From Escherichia coli (GTDB lineage: Bacteria > Pseudomonadota > Gammaproteobacteria > Enterobacterales > Enterobacteriaceae), in assembly GCF_036507355.1 (NCBI RefSeq), contig NZ_AP027877.1: DNA of 64,000 bases; one strand, 5' to 3'. Made by a program: the position numbers and the translations under genes. A model generated the notes under the pieces. The model did no database searches. It saw nothing but the letters and a program-made list of their open reading frames with translations, and had not been told where the DNA came from. The number at the start of each line of letters is the position of its first letter. Position 1 is the first letter of the stretch. Positions 1 through 12,400 of the stretch are shown piece by piece.

Positions 1-703
1 GTTCCACGCACTGTTCGTGGAACTCGTTGTGATGACGGAATGAGACCAGGTAACGCAGCAGTTTTTCTCTGTCAATTTGGTGTCCACGATACTGAATTTG
101 GATCGAACCCCAATCTGGTTGATGGGTGATCAGGCAGTTTGATTTCAGCAGGTGGCTGACGAGCGTCTCTTCCACTACTTTTTCACCACTGGTGGCATTC
201 TCCAGATAGTCAGTAGTGAATTCATAGTTATCGATAGTGATATCCTGGTCATCAATGCAAGTGCCATTGAAATGACCTATCGGCTGGCCTTCCAGTTCAT
301 CAAGACGATATAACGCCACGCTAACCTTACCCTGAGCGCAAGTGCTTAAGTCGCGCTCCAGCGTCTGGCGCACCTCATCCCAGTTATTAAAACGCGTCTG
401 GTTAAAACTGTTGAGATAAAGCTTAAAACTCTTCGACTCAATCAGATTTACGCTGGTGTAATCAAGTTCAACATGACCGACAGCGACCTGCGGCAAACCT
501 TTCGCATTCAGCCAGGAAAGTTCATACAGCGTCCAGATATCCGTACCGTGAAAAGGCAGGTTATCCGCTTTCAGACCCAGCGGGTCGCGATTCAGGCTGC
601 GTGGAACGCCTTGCAGTAGGCTGGTGTCATAGGTATCCCGGTAATCGGTTGATTTTCCAAGAGTCAGGCCCGCAAGTGCCTGATGGTTTGCATAAGAAGA
701 CAT
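1..703 (-). CDS. queF: NADPH-dependent 7-cyano-7-deazaguanine reductase QueF, partial (3' end runs off the window start)
   Basis: Reverse-strand ATG at 701-703 opens an uninterrupted frame reading [26 protein letters not shown]... to position 1; not in ORF track because no stop lies in the window. Confidence 0.85.
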   Translation of the reverse strand, partial: MSSYANHQALAGLTLGKSTDYRDTYDTSLLQGVPRSLNRDPLGLKADNLPFHGTDIWTLYELSWLNAKGLPQVAVGHVELDYTSVNLIESKSFKLYLNSFNQTRFNNWDEVRQTLERDLSTCAQGKVSVALYRLDELEGQPIGHFNGTCIDDQDITIDNYEFTTDYLENATSGEKVVEETLVSHLLKSNCLITHQPDWGSIQIQYRGHQIDREKLLRYLVSFRHHNEFHEQCVE

Positions 704-770
704 GTTTCACCGTCATAAACCAGATAAACTAAACGACAAGTGTATCTGGTTTAAGTGAAGAGAGAAATTA

Positions 771-1316
771 GTGGACGATTTGACCGCACAAGCCCTGAAA
801 GATTTTACTGCACGCTACTGCGATGCGTGGCATGAAGAGCATAAAAGCTGGCCGTTAAGTGAGGAACTGTACGGCGTTCCTTCACCGTGCATTATTTCAA
901 CTACTGAAGATGCCGTATACTGGCAACCCCAGCCGTTTACCGGGGAACAAAATGTAAACGCGGTTGAACGCGCTTTTGATATTGTGATACAACCCACAAT
1001 TCATACCTTTTATACGACTCAGTTTGCCGGGGATATGCACGCGCAGTTTGGCGATATCAAACTGACATTGCTGCAAACCTGGAGTGAAGACGACTTCCGT
1101 CGGGTGCAGGAAAATCTGATTGGTCATCTGGTGACTCAGAAAAGGCTAAAACTGCCACCCACGCTATTTATCGCGACGCTGGAAGAAGAGTTAGAGGTCA
1201 TCTCGGTGTGTAATCTCTCCGGTGAAGTGTGTAAAGAGACGCTGGGAACACGTAAACGGACGCATTTAGCCTCAAATCTTGCGGAATTCCTTAATCAACT
1301 TAAGCCTCTTCTGTAA
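771..1316 (+). CDS. syd: SecY-interacting protein Syd
   Basis: 181-aa ORF in track; sequence recognised as Syd. Confidence 0.9.
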
Positions 1317-1335
1317 TCCAAATACCCCATCTGGT

Positions 1336-1353
1336 TGTGAGAGATCTCTTACA
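1336..1353. promoter_or_regulatory. 18-bp inverted repeat TGTGAGAGATCTCTTACA upstream of csrB, matching the UvrY/SirA box
   Basis: Near-perfect palindrome read directly, about 175 bp upstream of the csrB 5' end. Confidence 0.6.
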
Positions 1354-1526
1354 GACTCTGTAGGAGATCGCCAGGAAATAAGCGAATACTTAAAAAGATA
1401 AGAATCGCTATTTTCATTTAAAAACAACATGTTGCTTGTTAATTCCTAACTTTCATATGAAATTTTCCTTAAGGCATTGTCTGTAAGCGCCTTGTAAGAC
1501 TTCGCGAAAAAGACGATTCTATCTTC

Positions 1527-1893
1527 GTCGACAGGGAGTCAGACAACGAAGTGAACATCAGGATGATGACACTTCTGAAGGACACACCAGGATGGTGTTT
1601 CAGGGAAAGGCTTCTGGATGAAGCGAAGAGGATGACGCAGGACGCGTTAAAGGACACCTCCAGGATGGAGAATGAGAACCGGTCAGGATGATTCGGTGGG
1701 TCAGGAAGGCCAGGGACACTTCAGGATGAAGTATCACATCGGGGTGGTGTGAGCAGGAAGCAATAGTTCAGGATGAACGATTGGCCGCAAGGCCAGAGGA
1801 AAAGTTGTCAAGGATGAGCAGGGAGCAACAAATGTAGCTGGAATGCTGCGAAACGAACCGGGAGCACTGTGAATACAGTGCTCCCTTTTTTTA
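1527..1893 (+). ncRNA. csrB: CsrB small RNA (CsrA-sequestering)
   Basis: About 370 nt with more than a dozen CAGGATG/AGGA motifs, no long ORF, ending in a GC hairpin (ggagcactgt...acagtgctcc) plus T-run at 1861-1893. Confidence 0.85.
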
Positions 1894-1937
1894 TTCCTGC
1901 TATCCTTCGCGGCAGTTTTTCTTATTGAGGTTGCTTT

Positions 1938-2267
1938 ATGACCACTCATGACCGCGTTCGTCTCCAGTTGCAGGCGCTTGAAGCGTTACTGCGTGAACAT
2001 CAGCACTGGCGAAACGATGAACCCCAGCCGCATCAATTTAATAGTACCCAACCGTTCTTTATGGACACCATGGAACCACTGGAGTGGTTGCAGTGGGTGC
2101 TGATCCCGCGAATGCACGATTTGTTAAATAACAACCAGCCGTTACCGGGCGCTTTTGCCGTTGCTCCCTATTATGAAATGGCGCTGGCGACGGACCATCC
2201 GCAACGCGCGCTTATTCTGGCTGAGTTGGAAAAACTGGATGCTCTTTTTGCGGATGATGCGAGCTAA
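1938..2267 (+). CDS. yqcC: DUF446 family protein YqcC
   Basis: 109-aa ORF; stop overlaps truC start (TAATG). Confidence 0.85.
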   Translation: MTTHDRVRLQLQALEALLREHQHWRNDEPQPHQFNSTQPFFMDTMEPLEWLQWVLIPRMHDLLNNNQPLPGAFAVAPYYEMALATDHPQRALILAELEKLDALFADDAS

Positions 2268-3049
2268 TGCTGGAAATACTCTATCAGGATGAATGGCTGG
2301 TTGCGGTAAATAAACCCTCCGGCTGGCTGGTTCACCGCAGCTGGCTGGATCGCGACGAGAAAGTAGTGGTCATGCAAACCGTGCGTGACCAGATAGGCCA
2401 GCATGTTTTTACTGCTCATCGTCTGGACCGACCAACTTCTGGTGTGTTGTTGATGGGATTATCCAGCGAGGCCGGACGGCTGCTGGCACAACAGTTTGAA
2501 CAGCACCAAATCCAGAAATGTTACCATGCGATTGTGCGCGGCTGGTTGATGGAAGAAGCGGTGCTGGATTATCCACTGGTGGAAGAACTGGACAAAATCG
2601 CTGATAAATTTGCCCGCGAAGATAAAGGCCCGCAGCCAGCAGTGACGCATTATCGCGGTCTGGCGACCGTAGAAATGCCGGTAGCGACCGGACGTTACCC
2701 GACCACGCGCTACGGCCTGGTGGAACTGGAGCCGAAAACCGGACGCAAACATCAGCTTCGCCGACATCTTGCCCATTTGCGTCATCCGATTATTGGCGAT
2801 AGCAAACATGGCGATTTACGCCAGAATCGCAGCGGTGCTGAGCATTTTGGTCTTCAGCGGTTAATGCTGCATGCCAGTCAGTTGTCATTGACGCATCCTT
2901 TCACTGGCGAGCCGCTGACTATTCACGCGGGCCTGGACGACACCTGGATGCAGGCGTTATCACAATTTGGCTGGCGCGGTCTGCTTCCTGAAAATGAAAG
3001 GGTTGAGTTCAGTGCGCCATCGGGTCAGGATGGAGAGATAAGTTCCTAA
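2267..3049 (+). CDS. truC: tRNA pseudouridine(65) synthase TruC
   Basis: 260-aa ORF with RluA-family motifs (HRLDRPTSG). Confidence 0.9.
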   Translation: MLEILYQDEWLVAVNKPSGWLVHRSWLDRDEKVVVMQTVRDQIGQHVFTAHRLDRPTSGVLLMGLSSEAGRLLAQQFEQHQIQKCYHAIVRGWLMEEAVLDYPLVEELDKIADKFAREDKGPQPAVTHYRGLATVEMPVATGRYPTTRYGLVELEPKTGRKHQLRRHLAHLRHPIIGDSKHGDLRQNRSGAEHFGLQRLMLHASQLSLTHPFTGEPLTIHAGLDDTWMQALSQFGWRGLLPENERVEFSAPSGQDGEISS

Positions 3050-3066
3050 TCTAGGGAGAAAACGGT

Positions 3067-3516
3067 ATGGCGGAAATTGGTATTTTTGTCGGCACCATGT
3101 ACGGAAATTCGCTGTTAGTGGCGGAAGAAGCAGAAGCAATTCTGACCGCACAGGGCCACAAAGCAACGGTATTTGAAGATCCTGAATTAAGCGACTGGCT
3201 GCCCTATCAGGATAAGTATGTTCTGGTGGTTACGTCCACGACCGGGCAGGGCGACCTTCCTGATAGCATTGTGCCGCTCTTTCAGGGAATCAAAGATAGT
3301 CTGGGCTTCCAGCCGAATCTGCGTTATGGCGTGATTGCGCTCGGCGACAGCAGTTATGTAAATTTCTGCAATGGCGGCAAACAGTTCGATGCCTTGTTGC
3401 AGGAACAGAGCGCTCAGCGGGTTGGCGAAATGCTGTTGATTGACGCCAGTGAGAACCCGGAACCGGAAACGGAATCAAATCCGTGGGTCGAACAGTGGGG
3501 CACGCTGTTGTCCTGA
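3067..3516 (+). CDS. yqcA: Flavodoxin YqcA
   Basis: 149-aa ORF, flavodoxin-like ([10 protein letters not shown] motif). Confidence 0.85.
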
Positions 3517-3570
3517 TATGTTCAGCGAGCGGTAAATGTCGTTTTAGCGGTGCTGAATCGAATCTTTTTA

Positions 3571-3624
3571 GGCAAATGCCAGTAAAAACTGCTTCATAGC
3601 GCGGATTTTTACTGGCGTTTGCCT
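3571..3624 (+). terminator. Long inverted repeat (ggcaaatgccagtaaaaa ... tttttactggcgtttgcc) downstream of yqcA
   Basis: Arms are reverse complements with one mismatch. Confidence 0.45.
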
Positions 3625-3950
3625 GGAGTCAAGCGATCCATTTCATACTCTTCTTTATTTCTTCGTTTTAACCCTTCCTTTCTTGTTCTTGTTTTCATTT
3701 CCGTGAAGTGGATTCCACCGTCCAGGGCTAATGCCAAAATCGGGCCTCATTGAACGCATTAATGTTGTGTTGTTGCACGGTGAGCCGCTATGGCGCGCTT
3801 TTTATACTGCTATTGCCAGATATAAACACGCGCCGTATTCGGCGAACGACCTATAAAAACGGCAAAAAACACCCTACGTCACCTCTGATTTCCTGGCGAT
3901 GTCGCAGTCCAGAGTGAGCGTGGCTAACGCGAATTTTCAGGAGTGCAACA

Positions 3951-5303
3951 ATGAGTTCTTTAAGTCAGGCTGCGAGCCGTGTGGAAAAACGCACGAATGC
4001 TCGTTACTGGATAGTGGTGATGTTGTTTATCGTCACATCCTTCAACTACGGCGACCGCGCTACGCTTTCTATTGCCGGTTCGGAAATGGCCAAAGATATC
4101 GGCCTTGATCCCGTGGGAATGGGCTATGTGTTCTCTGCCTTCTCATGGGCTTATGTTATCGGGCAGATCCCTGGTGGTTGGTTGCTGGATCGTTTTGGTT
4201 CAAAACGCGTCTACTTCTGGTCGATCTTTATCTGGTCGATGTTTACCTTGCTGCAAGGCTTCGTCGATATCTTTAGTGGATTCGGCATTATCGTTGCCCT
4301 GTTTACTCTGCGCTTCCTGGTCGGGCTTGCTGAAGCGCCATCTTTCCCCGGCAACAGTCGCATTGTTGCGGCCTGGTTTCCGGCGCAGGAAAGGGGAACG
4401 GCGGTGTCGATTTTTAACTCCGCTCAATACTTCGCAACGGTGATCTTCGCGCCGATTATGGGCTGGCTGACGCATGAAGTGGGCTGGTCACACGTCTTCT
4501 TCTTTATGGGCGGTCTGGGCATTGTCATCAGCTTTATCTGGTTGAAAGTCATCCACGAGCCAAATCAATATCCGGGGGTAAATCAGAAAGAGCTGGAGTA
4601 CATCGCCGCGGGTGGCGCGCTGATCAATATGGATCAGTAAAACACCAAAGTTAAAGTGCCGTTCAGCGTGAAGTGGGGGCAGATCAAACAACTGCTCGGG
4701 TCACGGATGATGATCGGCGTTTATATTGGTCAGTACTGTATCAACGCCCTGACTTACTTTTTCATTACCTGGTTTCCGGTTTATCTGGTGCAGGTGCGTG
4801 GGATGTCGATTCTGAAAGCGGGCTTTGTGGCTTCCGTTCCGGCGGTTTGCGGTTTTATCGGCGGTGTGCTGGGTGGGATTATTTCCGACTGGCTGATGCG
4901 CCGCACGGGATCGCTGAACATTGCGCGTAAAACACCGATCGTAATGGGCATGTTGCTGTCGATGGTGATGGTGTTCTGCAACTACGTCAACGTTGAGTGG
5001 ATGATCATCGGCTTTATGGCGCTGGCCTTCTTCGGTAAGGGCATTGGGGCGCTGGGTTGGGCAGTAATGGCAGATACCGCACCAAAAGAGATCAGCGGTC
5101 TTTCCGGTGGCCTGTTCAACATGTTCGGTAACATTTCTGGCATCGTCACGCCAATCGCAATTGGTTATATCGTTGGCACGACTGGCTCCTTTAATGGGGC
5201 GCTGATTTATGTTGGTGTTCATGCCTTAATCGCGGTACTGAGCTACCTGGTGCTGGTGGGCGATATCAAGCGTATCGAGCTGAAACCTGTCGCGGGGCAA
5301 TAA
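3951..5303 (+). pseudogene. gudP: Glucarate/galactarate MFS transporter GudP, interrupted by one in-frame TAA at 4638-4640
   Basis: Track ORFs 3951-4640 and 4656-5303 are in the same frame and together give a full 12-TM MFS protein; only one stop codon separates them. Confidence 0.75.
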
Positions 5304-5304
5304 G

Positions 5305-6645
5305 ATGACGACACAATCCAGTCCTGTTATTACTGATATGAAAGTCATTCCGGTCGCCGGGCATGACAGCATGTTGCTCAATATTGGTGGTGCGCATAAC
5401 GCATACTTCACCCGCAATATCGTGGTACTCACCGATAACGCCGGGCATACCGGCATTGGTGAAGCACCGGGCGGAGAGGTGATTTATCAAACACTGGTCG
5501 AAGCTATTCCGATGGTGCTGGGCCAGGAAGTTGCGCGCCTGAATAAAGTGGTTCAGCAGGTGCATAAAGGTAATCAGGCCGCCGATTTTGATACCTTCGG
5601 CAAAGGTGCCTGGACTTTTGAATTGCGCGTTAATGCCGTAGCGGCGCTGGAAGCCGCCTTGCTTGACCTGTTAGGTAAGGCGCTGAATGTTCCGGTCTGC
5701 GAACTGTTAGGGCCAGGCAAGCAACGCGAGGCTATTACCGTCCTCGGTTATCTGTTTTATATCGGTGATCGGACCAAAACCGATCTTCCTTATCTGGAAA
5801 ATACGCCGGGCAACCATGAGTGGTATCAGTTGCGGCATCAGAAAGCGATGAACAGCGAAGCCGTTGTGCGTCTGGCGGAAGCCTCACAGGATCGCTACGG
5901 CTTTAAAGATTTTAAACTTAAGGGCGGCGTGTTACCTGGCGAGCAAGAAATCGACACTGTTCGTGCATTGAAGAAACGCTTCCCGGATGCGCGGATTACC
6001 GTTGATCCCAACGGTGCATGGCTGCTTGATGAAGCCATTTCTCTGTGCAAAGGGCTGAATGATGTTCTCACCTATGCCGAAGATCCATGTGGCGCAGAAC
6101 AGGGCTTCTCCGGACGTGAAGTGATGGCGGAGTTTCGGCGGGCGACCGGCTTGCCCGTTGCGACTAACATGATCGCCACCAACTGGCGCGAAATGGGTTA
6201 TGCGGTGATGCTCAATGCGGTAGATATTCCACTTGCCGATCCGCACTTCTGGACGCTTTCCGGTGCAGTCCGCGTGGCGCAGCTTTGCGACGACTGGGGG
6301 CTGACCTGGGGCTGCCATTCTAATAACCATTTCGATATCTCTCTGGCGATGTTTACCCATGTGGGCGCGGCGGCACCGGGTAATCCTACCGCTATCGATA
6401 CCCACTGGATTTGGCAGGAGGGCGATTGTCGCCTGACCCAAAATTCGCTGGAGATTAAAAACGGAAAAATTGCCGTTCCTGATGCGCCCGGTCTGGGCGT
6501 GGAACTGGACTGGGAACAGGTACAAAAGGCACATGAGGCCTATAAACGTCTGCCTGGCGGTGCGCGTAACGACGCAGGCCCGATGCAGTACCTGATCCCC
6601 GGCTGGACCTTTGACCGTAAACGTCCCGTTTTCGGCCGTCATTGA
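5305..6645 (+). CDS. gudX: Glucarate dehydratase-related protein GudX
   Basis: 446-aa enolase-superfamily ORF, paralogous to the next gene. Confidence 0.9.
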   Translation: MTTQSSPVITDMKVIPVAGHDSMLLNIGGAHNAYFTRNIVVLTDNAGHTGIGEAPGGEVIYQTLVEAIPMVLGQEVARLNKVVQQVHKGNQAADFDTFGKGAWTFELRVNAVAALEAALLDLLGKALNVPVCELLGPGKQREAITVLGYLFYIGDRTKTDLPYLENTPGNHEWYQLRHQKAMNSEAVVRLAEASQDRYGFKDFKLKGGVLPGEQEIDTVRALKKRFPDARITVDPNGAWLLDEAISLCKGLNDVLTYAEDPCGAEQGFSGREVMAEFRRATGLPVATNMIATNWREMGYAVMLNAVDIPLADPHFWTLSGAVRVAQLCDDWGLTWGCHSNNHFDISLAMFTHVGAAAPGNPTAIDTHWIWQEGDCRLTQNSLEIKNGKIAVPDAPGLGVELDWEQVQKAHEAYKRLPGGARNDAGPMQYLIPGWTFDRKRPVFGRH

Positions 6646-6665
6646 TTCTGAAAAAGGACATAAAT

Positions 6666-8006
6666 ATGAGCTCTCAATTTACGACGCCTGTTGTTACTGA
6701 AATGCAGGTCATCCCGGTGGCGGGCCATGACAGTATGCTGATGAATCTGAGTGGTGCACACGCACCGTTCTTCACGCGTAATATTGTGATTATCAAAGAT
6801 AATTCTGGTCACACTGGCGTAGGGGAAATTCCCGGCGGCGAGAAAATCCGTAAAACGCTGGAAGATGCGATTCCGCTGGTAGTGGGTAAAACGCTGGGTG
6901 AATACAAAAACGTTCTGACGCTGGTGCGTAATACTTTTGCCGATCGTGATGCTGGTGGGCGCGGTTTGCAGACATTTGATTTGCGTACCACTATTCATGT
7001 AGTTACCGGGATAGAAGCGGCAATGCTGGATCTGCTGGGGCAGCATCTGGGGGTTAACGTGGCATCCCTGCTGGGCGATGGTCAACAGCGTAGCGAAGTC
7101 GAAATGCTCGGTTATCTGTTCTTCGTCGGTAATCGCAAAGCCACACCTCTGCCGTATCAAAGCCAGCCGGATGACTCATGCGACTGGTATCGCCTGCGTC
7201 ATGAAGAAGCGATGACGCCGGATGCGGTGGTGCGCCTGGCGGAAGCGGCGTATGAAAAATATGGCTTCAACGATTTCAAACTGAAAGGCGGTGTACTGGC
7301 CGGGGAAGAAGAGGCCGAGTCTATTGTGGCACTGGCGCAACGCTTCCCGCAGGCGCGTATTACGCTCGATCCTAACGGTGCCTGGTCGCTGAACGAAGCG
7401 ATTAAAATTGGTAAATACCTGAAAGGTTCGCTGGCTTATGCAGAAGATCCGTGTGGTGCGGAGCAAGGTTTCTCCGGGCGTGAAGTGATGGCAGAGTTCC
7501 GTCGCGCGACTGGCCTGCCGACTGCAACCAATATGATCGCCACCGACTGGCGGCAGATGGGCCATACGCTCTCGTTACAATCCGTTGATATCCCGCTGGC
7601 GGATCCGCATTTCTGGACGATGCAAGGTTCGGTACGTGTGGCGCAAATGTGCCATGAATTTGGCCTGACCTGGGGTTCGCACTCTAACAACCACTTCGAT
7701 ATTTCCCTGGCGATGTTTACCCATGTTGCCGCCGCTGCACCGGGTAAAATTACTGCTATTGATACGCACTGGATTTGGCAGGAAGGCAATCAGCGCCTGA
7801 CCAAAGAACCGTTTGAGATCAAAGGCGGGCTGGTACAGGTGCCAGAAAAACCGGGGCTGGGTGTAGAAATCGATATGGATCAAGTGATGAAAGCCCATGA
7901 ACTGTATCAGAAACACGGGCTTGGCGCGCGTGACGATGCGATGGGAATGCAGTATCTGATTCCTGGCTGGACGTTCGATAACAAGCGCCCGTGCATGGTG
8001 CGTTAA
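6666..8006 (+). CDS. gudD: Glucarate dehydratase GudD
   Basis: Start placed at [10 protein letters not shown] (ATG 6666) after an AGGA-type RBS; the track start at 6642 overlaps the gudX stop. Confidence 0.9.
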   Translation: MSSQFTTPVVTEMQVIPVAGHDSMLMNLSGAHAPFFTRNIVIIKDNSGHTGVGEIPGGEKIRKTLEDAIPLVVGKTLGEYKNVLTLVRNTFADRDAGGRGLQTFDLRTTIHVVTGIEAAMLDLLGQHLGVNVASLLGDGQQRSEVEMLGYLFFVGNRKATPLPYQSQPDDSCDWYRLRHEEAMTPDAVVRLAEAAYEKYGFNDFKLKGGVLAGEEEAESIVALAQRFPQARITLDPNGAWSLNEAIKIGKYLKGSLAYAEDPCGAEQGFSGREVMAEFRRATGLPTATNMIATDWRQMGHTLSLQSVDIPLADPHFWTMQGSVRVAQMCHEFGLTWGSHSNNHFDISLAMFTHVAAAAPGKITAIDTHWIWQEGNQRLTKEPFEIKGGLVQVPEKPGLGVEIDMDQVMKAHELYQKHGLGARDDAMGMQYLIPGWTFDNKRPCMVR

Positions 8007-8018
8007 GACAGAAAACCA

Positions 8019-8046
8019 AAACCGGCTCTGTCAGGAGCCGGTTTGA
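8019..8046 (+). terminator. Rho-independent terminator after gudD
   Basis: Hairpin aaccggctc...gagccggtt followed by a T-run. Confidence 0.6.
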
Positions 8047-8068
8047 GACTGATGCCAAACACAAAATT

Positions 8069-8166
8069 GCCTGATGCGCTACGCTTATCAGGCCTAAATG
8101 CTTTTTAATTTATTGAATTTAATTGGTTTTGTAGGCCGGATAAGGCGTTAACGCCGCATCCGGCAT
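8069..8166. repeat. REP/BIME-type palindromic elements between gudD and barA
   Basis: gcctgatgcgctacgcttatcaggcc and gtaggccggataaggcgttaacgccgcatccggc match the REP consensus. Confidence 0.7.
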
Positions 8167-8238
8167 AAACACAGGCACTTTGTCACCAATCTGAAACCAG
8201 CGTCATAAAAAGCCGATTGCTACTCGACAAGACATCCA

Positions 8239-10995
8239 TTACCCGAGAATTTTGCTGGCTTCGCGCGCGACATTATCCATCTCGTCCAACAGTTCCAGCA
8301 GCTCCGGCTCCAAATCTTCTTCTTTAGTACCGCTACGTAACTGTTGTTCGATCAGTTGGCAGAGATTCTTCATACGCGGCACACCGCTATAGCCGCAACT
8401 GCCATGCAGTTTATGAATCAAATCAACCAGGCCTTCCGGGTTTTCTCCAACCAGCTGTTCCTCAACTTTGTTGCGAACTTCAGGCAGGAAATCGAGTAAC
8501 ATTTGCAGCATATCGCGCGCCAGATCGGTTTTTCCTGCTGCCTGGCGTAGTGCCAGTTGCCAGTCGAGGGTCGCATTCGGGTTCACCACAATTTCGTTGA
8601 CTTCGGGCGTCACGACGCGAGAGGAAATACCGCTGCCAGGCTTGTAGCGCAACAGCAAATTATGCAATCGCTCTTCTTCAATCGGTTTCGCCAGATAATC
8701 ACTCATCCCTGCGCCAAGCAGCTTCTCTTTTTGCCCGGCCATTGCATGCGCCGTTACCGCGATAACCGGCGTTTGTTGCTGATGGGGGAGTTGGTGGATG
8801 AGTTCGCAGGCCCGAATGCCATCCATGTCCGGCATTTGAATATCCATTAAGATCAAATCGAACGGCATCTGTTTCGCCCGTTCAACCGCCTGATGCCCGC
8901 TATCGCAAAGCTCCACATGTTGCACCATATCTTCCAGCAATGCGCCGATAAGTTTCAGGTTAGCGGGGTTGTCATCAACCGCCATGACTGTCATTGCCAG
9001 CTTACTTTCATCGGTTACAGGCAAAAGCGTGTTTTGTTTGTGATGACAAAATTCCGTCAGGGCAGGCAACAGGCGCGTAGGTGTTAATGGTTTCAGCAGA
9101 CACGCGCCGATACCATCTTGCTTGAGTTTTTCAGCATTGACTTGTGCATGGCAAGGAAGTGCCAGCATCAGGAAATCGGTCATCGATACCGCTTTCGCTA
9201 ATCGCTCATGTTGCATTGTTAGCGGCTCGCGGAAGGTCACCGCGATGCCTAACAACATCATGTCGTAATGCGCGGGAGGCAGCGCGGAGAACGTTGGGCT
9301 ATAAACCACTTCCAGCGGCGTTTCACTTAAAATATCCAGCGTGCATTGCGCTGCTGCGGAGTTTGGTTCGACATAGGCCAGGCGTTTACCGGCGAGGCAC
9401 TGGGTGGATGGCCCTTCAATAATAATGTTCGGGTTCAGATCGAGATTAATGTGGAACCAGAAAGTTGAACCGCGATTCGGCTGGCTATGGAACGAAATAT
9501 CGCCGCCCATTTCATTAACCAGTTTTTGTGTAATCACCAGCCCCAGCCCGGTGCCACCATGACGGCGGGAAATACTGGCATCAGCCTGTCGGAAGGCCTG
9601 GAATAAGCGCGATTGATCGCGTTCAGGAATACCAATGCCGGTATCCCGAATCTGCACTTCAATCTGCACTTTGGTATTACTCAGCGCACGTTTTTCTACC
9701 AGAATATCAATGTTGCCATTCTCGGTGAATTTAATTGCATTCCCCACCAGGTTAGTGATGATTTGCTGTAATCGCAGTGGGTCGCCGATCACGTTATCAG
9801 GCACGTCGCTTTTAATATTGAGCGTCAGTTCCAACCCTTTATCGTGAGAAGAATGTGCCAGCAGAGTAACGACTTCATCCAGCGTGCTGCGTAGTGGGAA
9901 TGGAATACTTTCCAGAATCAGCTTACCTGCTTCCAGTTTCGAGAAGTCGAGAACATCATTAATAATTGCCAGCAAATTATTTGCCGAACGTTCAATCGTA
10001 TTCAGGTGATCGCGCTGCGTTGGTGTTAATTCTGTTTTCAGCGTCAGGCGGGTAAAGCCAATAACACCATTCAGTGGTGTACGCAGCTCGTGTGACATAT
10101 TTGCCAGAAACTCGGATTTAATACGCGCCGCTTCCTGGGCGCGCTTTTTCGCCAGATCCAACTCAACGTTCTGAATTTCCATCTGCTCCAGCGTTTCACG
10201 CAGATCGGACGTCGCCTGGTCGATATTGTGCTGCATCTCTTCGTGATAAGCAGCCAGCGACATTGCCATCGAGTTGATACCGTTTTTCAGCATATCCAGC
10301 TCGCCGAGCATAAATCCTTCCACCCGGCTGTCGAGTTGCCCGCGACGGATGCGGTCGACGGTATTCACCATGTTGCGAATCGGACCGGTTACATCGCGCA
10401 TTAAGCGCCAGCCAAAAATAAGCGCAATACCGATACAAAACAGCATCATCACGCTGGAAATAAAGATCTCTTTATATTGCTGCAAGCGAACCGATTTAAG
10501 ATCCAGCTCAAGCGCAATATATCCCAACATATTTTGACTATTTTTGGCATCGCTACTGGGCGATTCGTCGGGGGAGTAACTCTCAGAAATAATCGGCGTG
10601 CGGAGGATCATAATATCGCCGTCACGAGTGACAGTGAGCTGGCGAGGAAACGGCACGTTGCTGCCGAGCTGCATTGATGAGGGATCAAGATGAAAATTGG
10701 AGGTGACAAAGAGTCGGTTATTTTCATCATAAACCGAAATCGCGCGAACAATATCGGAATGGCGACGATGCAGTACGCTTATTAACTGACCGATAGATTC
10801 GCGATTTTGCAGGCTCATGCCATATTCAGTAGAAACTGCAAGCGGCTCAATAATGCTGGCACCGGCATCTTCCAGTTGACGCTGCAAGTCGTTATAGCGA
10901 TGCACGACGAAAAAGATACTCAGCAATAAACCAATAAGGACGGTCGGTGCCAGGATCAGAATCATCATGCGTGCGCGCAGGCTGTAGTTGGTCAT
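8239..10995 (-). CDS. barA: Hybrid sensor histidine kinase BarA
   Basis: 918-aa ORF with HAMP, HisKA/HATPase, receiver and HPt regions. Confidence 0.95.
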
Positions 10996-11051
10996 GGAGT
11001 TCCGTTATGGGACAATTAAGGTCACACTGTTAAATTGAGAAAGTCTCGCCA

Positions 11052-12353
11052 ATGGCGCAATTCTACTCTGCAAAACGACGCACGACGACGCGTCAGATCA
11101 TAACCGTTTCAGTCAACGACCTCGACTCTTTTGGTCAGGGCGTGGCGCGACATAACGGCAAAACGCTATTTATCCCCGGATTATTGCCGCAGGAAAACGC
11201 GGAAGTTACTGTTACTGAAGATAAAAAACAGTATGCCCGCGCTAAAGTCGTACGCCGGTTAAGCGATAGCCCGGAACGCGAAACGCCACGCTGTCCTCAT
11301 TTTGGCGTATGCGGCGGCTGTCAGCAACAACACGCCAGCGTGGATTTACAGCAGCGAAGCAAAAGTGCGGCACTCGCCCGATTAATGAAACACGAAGTCT
11401 CTGAAGTGATCGCCGATGTTCCCTGGGGCTATCGCCGTCGCGCGCGTTTAAGTCTGAATTACTTACCGAAAACACAGCAACTTCAGATGGGGTTTCGCAA
11501 AGCGGGCTCCAGTGACATTGTCGACGTTAAACAATGCCCCATTTTAGTGCCCCAACTTGAAGCATTGCTGCCCAAAGTCAGGGCATGCCTGGGCAGCTTA
11601 CAAGCTATGCGCCATCTTGGTCATGTTGAACTGGTACAGGCAACCAGCGGCACGCTGATGATTTTGCGCCATACCGCACCGCTAAGTTCGGCAGATCGCG
11701 AAAAACTGGAACACTTTTCGCATTCTGAAGGCCTGGATCTGTATCTTGCCCCCGATAGTGAGATACTCGAAACCGTCTCTGGTGAGATGCCCTGGTATGA
11801 CTCAAACGGGTTGCGCTTAACTTTTAGCCCGCGCGATTTTATTCAGGTCAATGCGGGTGTGAACCAAAAAATGGTAGCGCGTGCGTTGGAATGGCTGGAT
11901 GTGCAACCTGAAGATCGCGTACTGGATCTGTTCTGTGGTATGGGCAACTTTACACTGCCATTGGCGACACAAGCAGCCAGTGTCGTGGGTGTAGAAGGTG
12001 TTCCGGCGCTGGTGGAAAAAGGCCAGCAGAATGCGCGTCTTAATGGCTTACAGAATGTGACGTTTTATCATGAAAATCTTGAAGAAGATGTCACAAAGCA
12101 GCCGTGGGCGAAAAACGGCTTCGATAAAGTGTTGCTGGACCCCGCGCGAGCAGGTGCCGCAGGTGTTATGCAGCAAATTATAAAACTGGAACCTATTCGT
12201 ATAGTTTATGTATCCTGTAACCCTGCAACGCTGGCTCGGGATAGCGAAGCGTTATTAAAAGCAGGATATACCATTGCGCGACTGGCGATGCTGGATATGT
12301 TCCCACACACGGGACATCTGGAATCGATGGTACTTTTCTCGCGCGTTAAATAG
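11052..12353 (+). CDS. rlmD: 23S rRNA (uracil1939-C5)-methyltransferase RlmD
   Basis: 433-aa ORF with an Fe-S Cys cluster and SAM-MTase fold motifs. Confidence 0.9.
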   Translation: MAQFYSAKRRTTTRQIITVSVNDLDSFGQGVARHNGKTLFIPGLLPQENAEVTVTEDKKQYARAKVVRRLSDSPERETPRCPHFGVCGGCQQQHASVDLQQRSKSAALARLMKHEVSEVIADVPWGYRRRARLSLNYLPKTQQLQMGFRKAGSSDIVDVKQCPILVPQLEALLPKVRACLGSLQAMRHLGHVELVQATSGTLMILRHTAPLSSADREKLEHFSHSEGLDLYLAPDSEILETVSGEMPWYDSNGLRLTFSPRDFIQVNAGVNQKMVARALEWLDVQPEDRVLDLFCGMGNFTLPLATQAASVVGVEGVPALVEKGQQNARLNGLQNVTFYHENLEEDVTKQPWAKNGFDKVLLDPARAGAAGVMQQIIKLEPIRIVYVSCNPATLARDSEALLKAGYTIARLAMLDMFPHTGHLESMVLFSRVK

Positions 12354-12400
12354 TTGCGATTTGCCGATTTCGGCAGGTCTGGTCCCTAAAGGAGAGGACG

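Noticed and set aside
5932-7160. Minus-strand ORFs (236 aa and 173 aa) antisense to gudX and gudD
   Set aside because: Shadow ORFs inside conserved enolase-superfamily genes.
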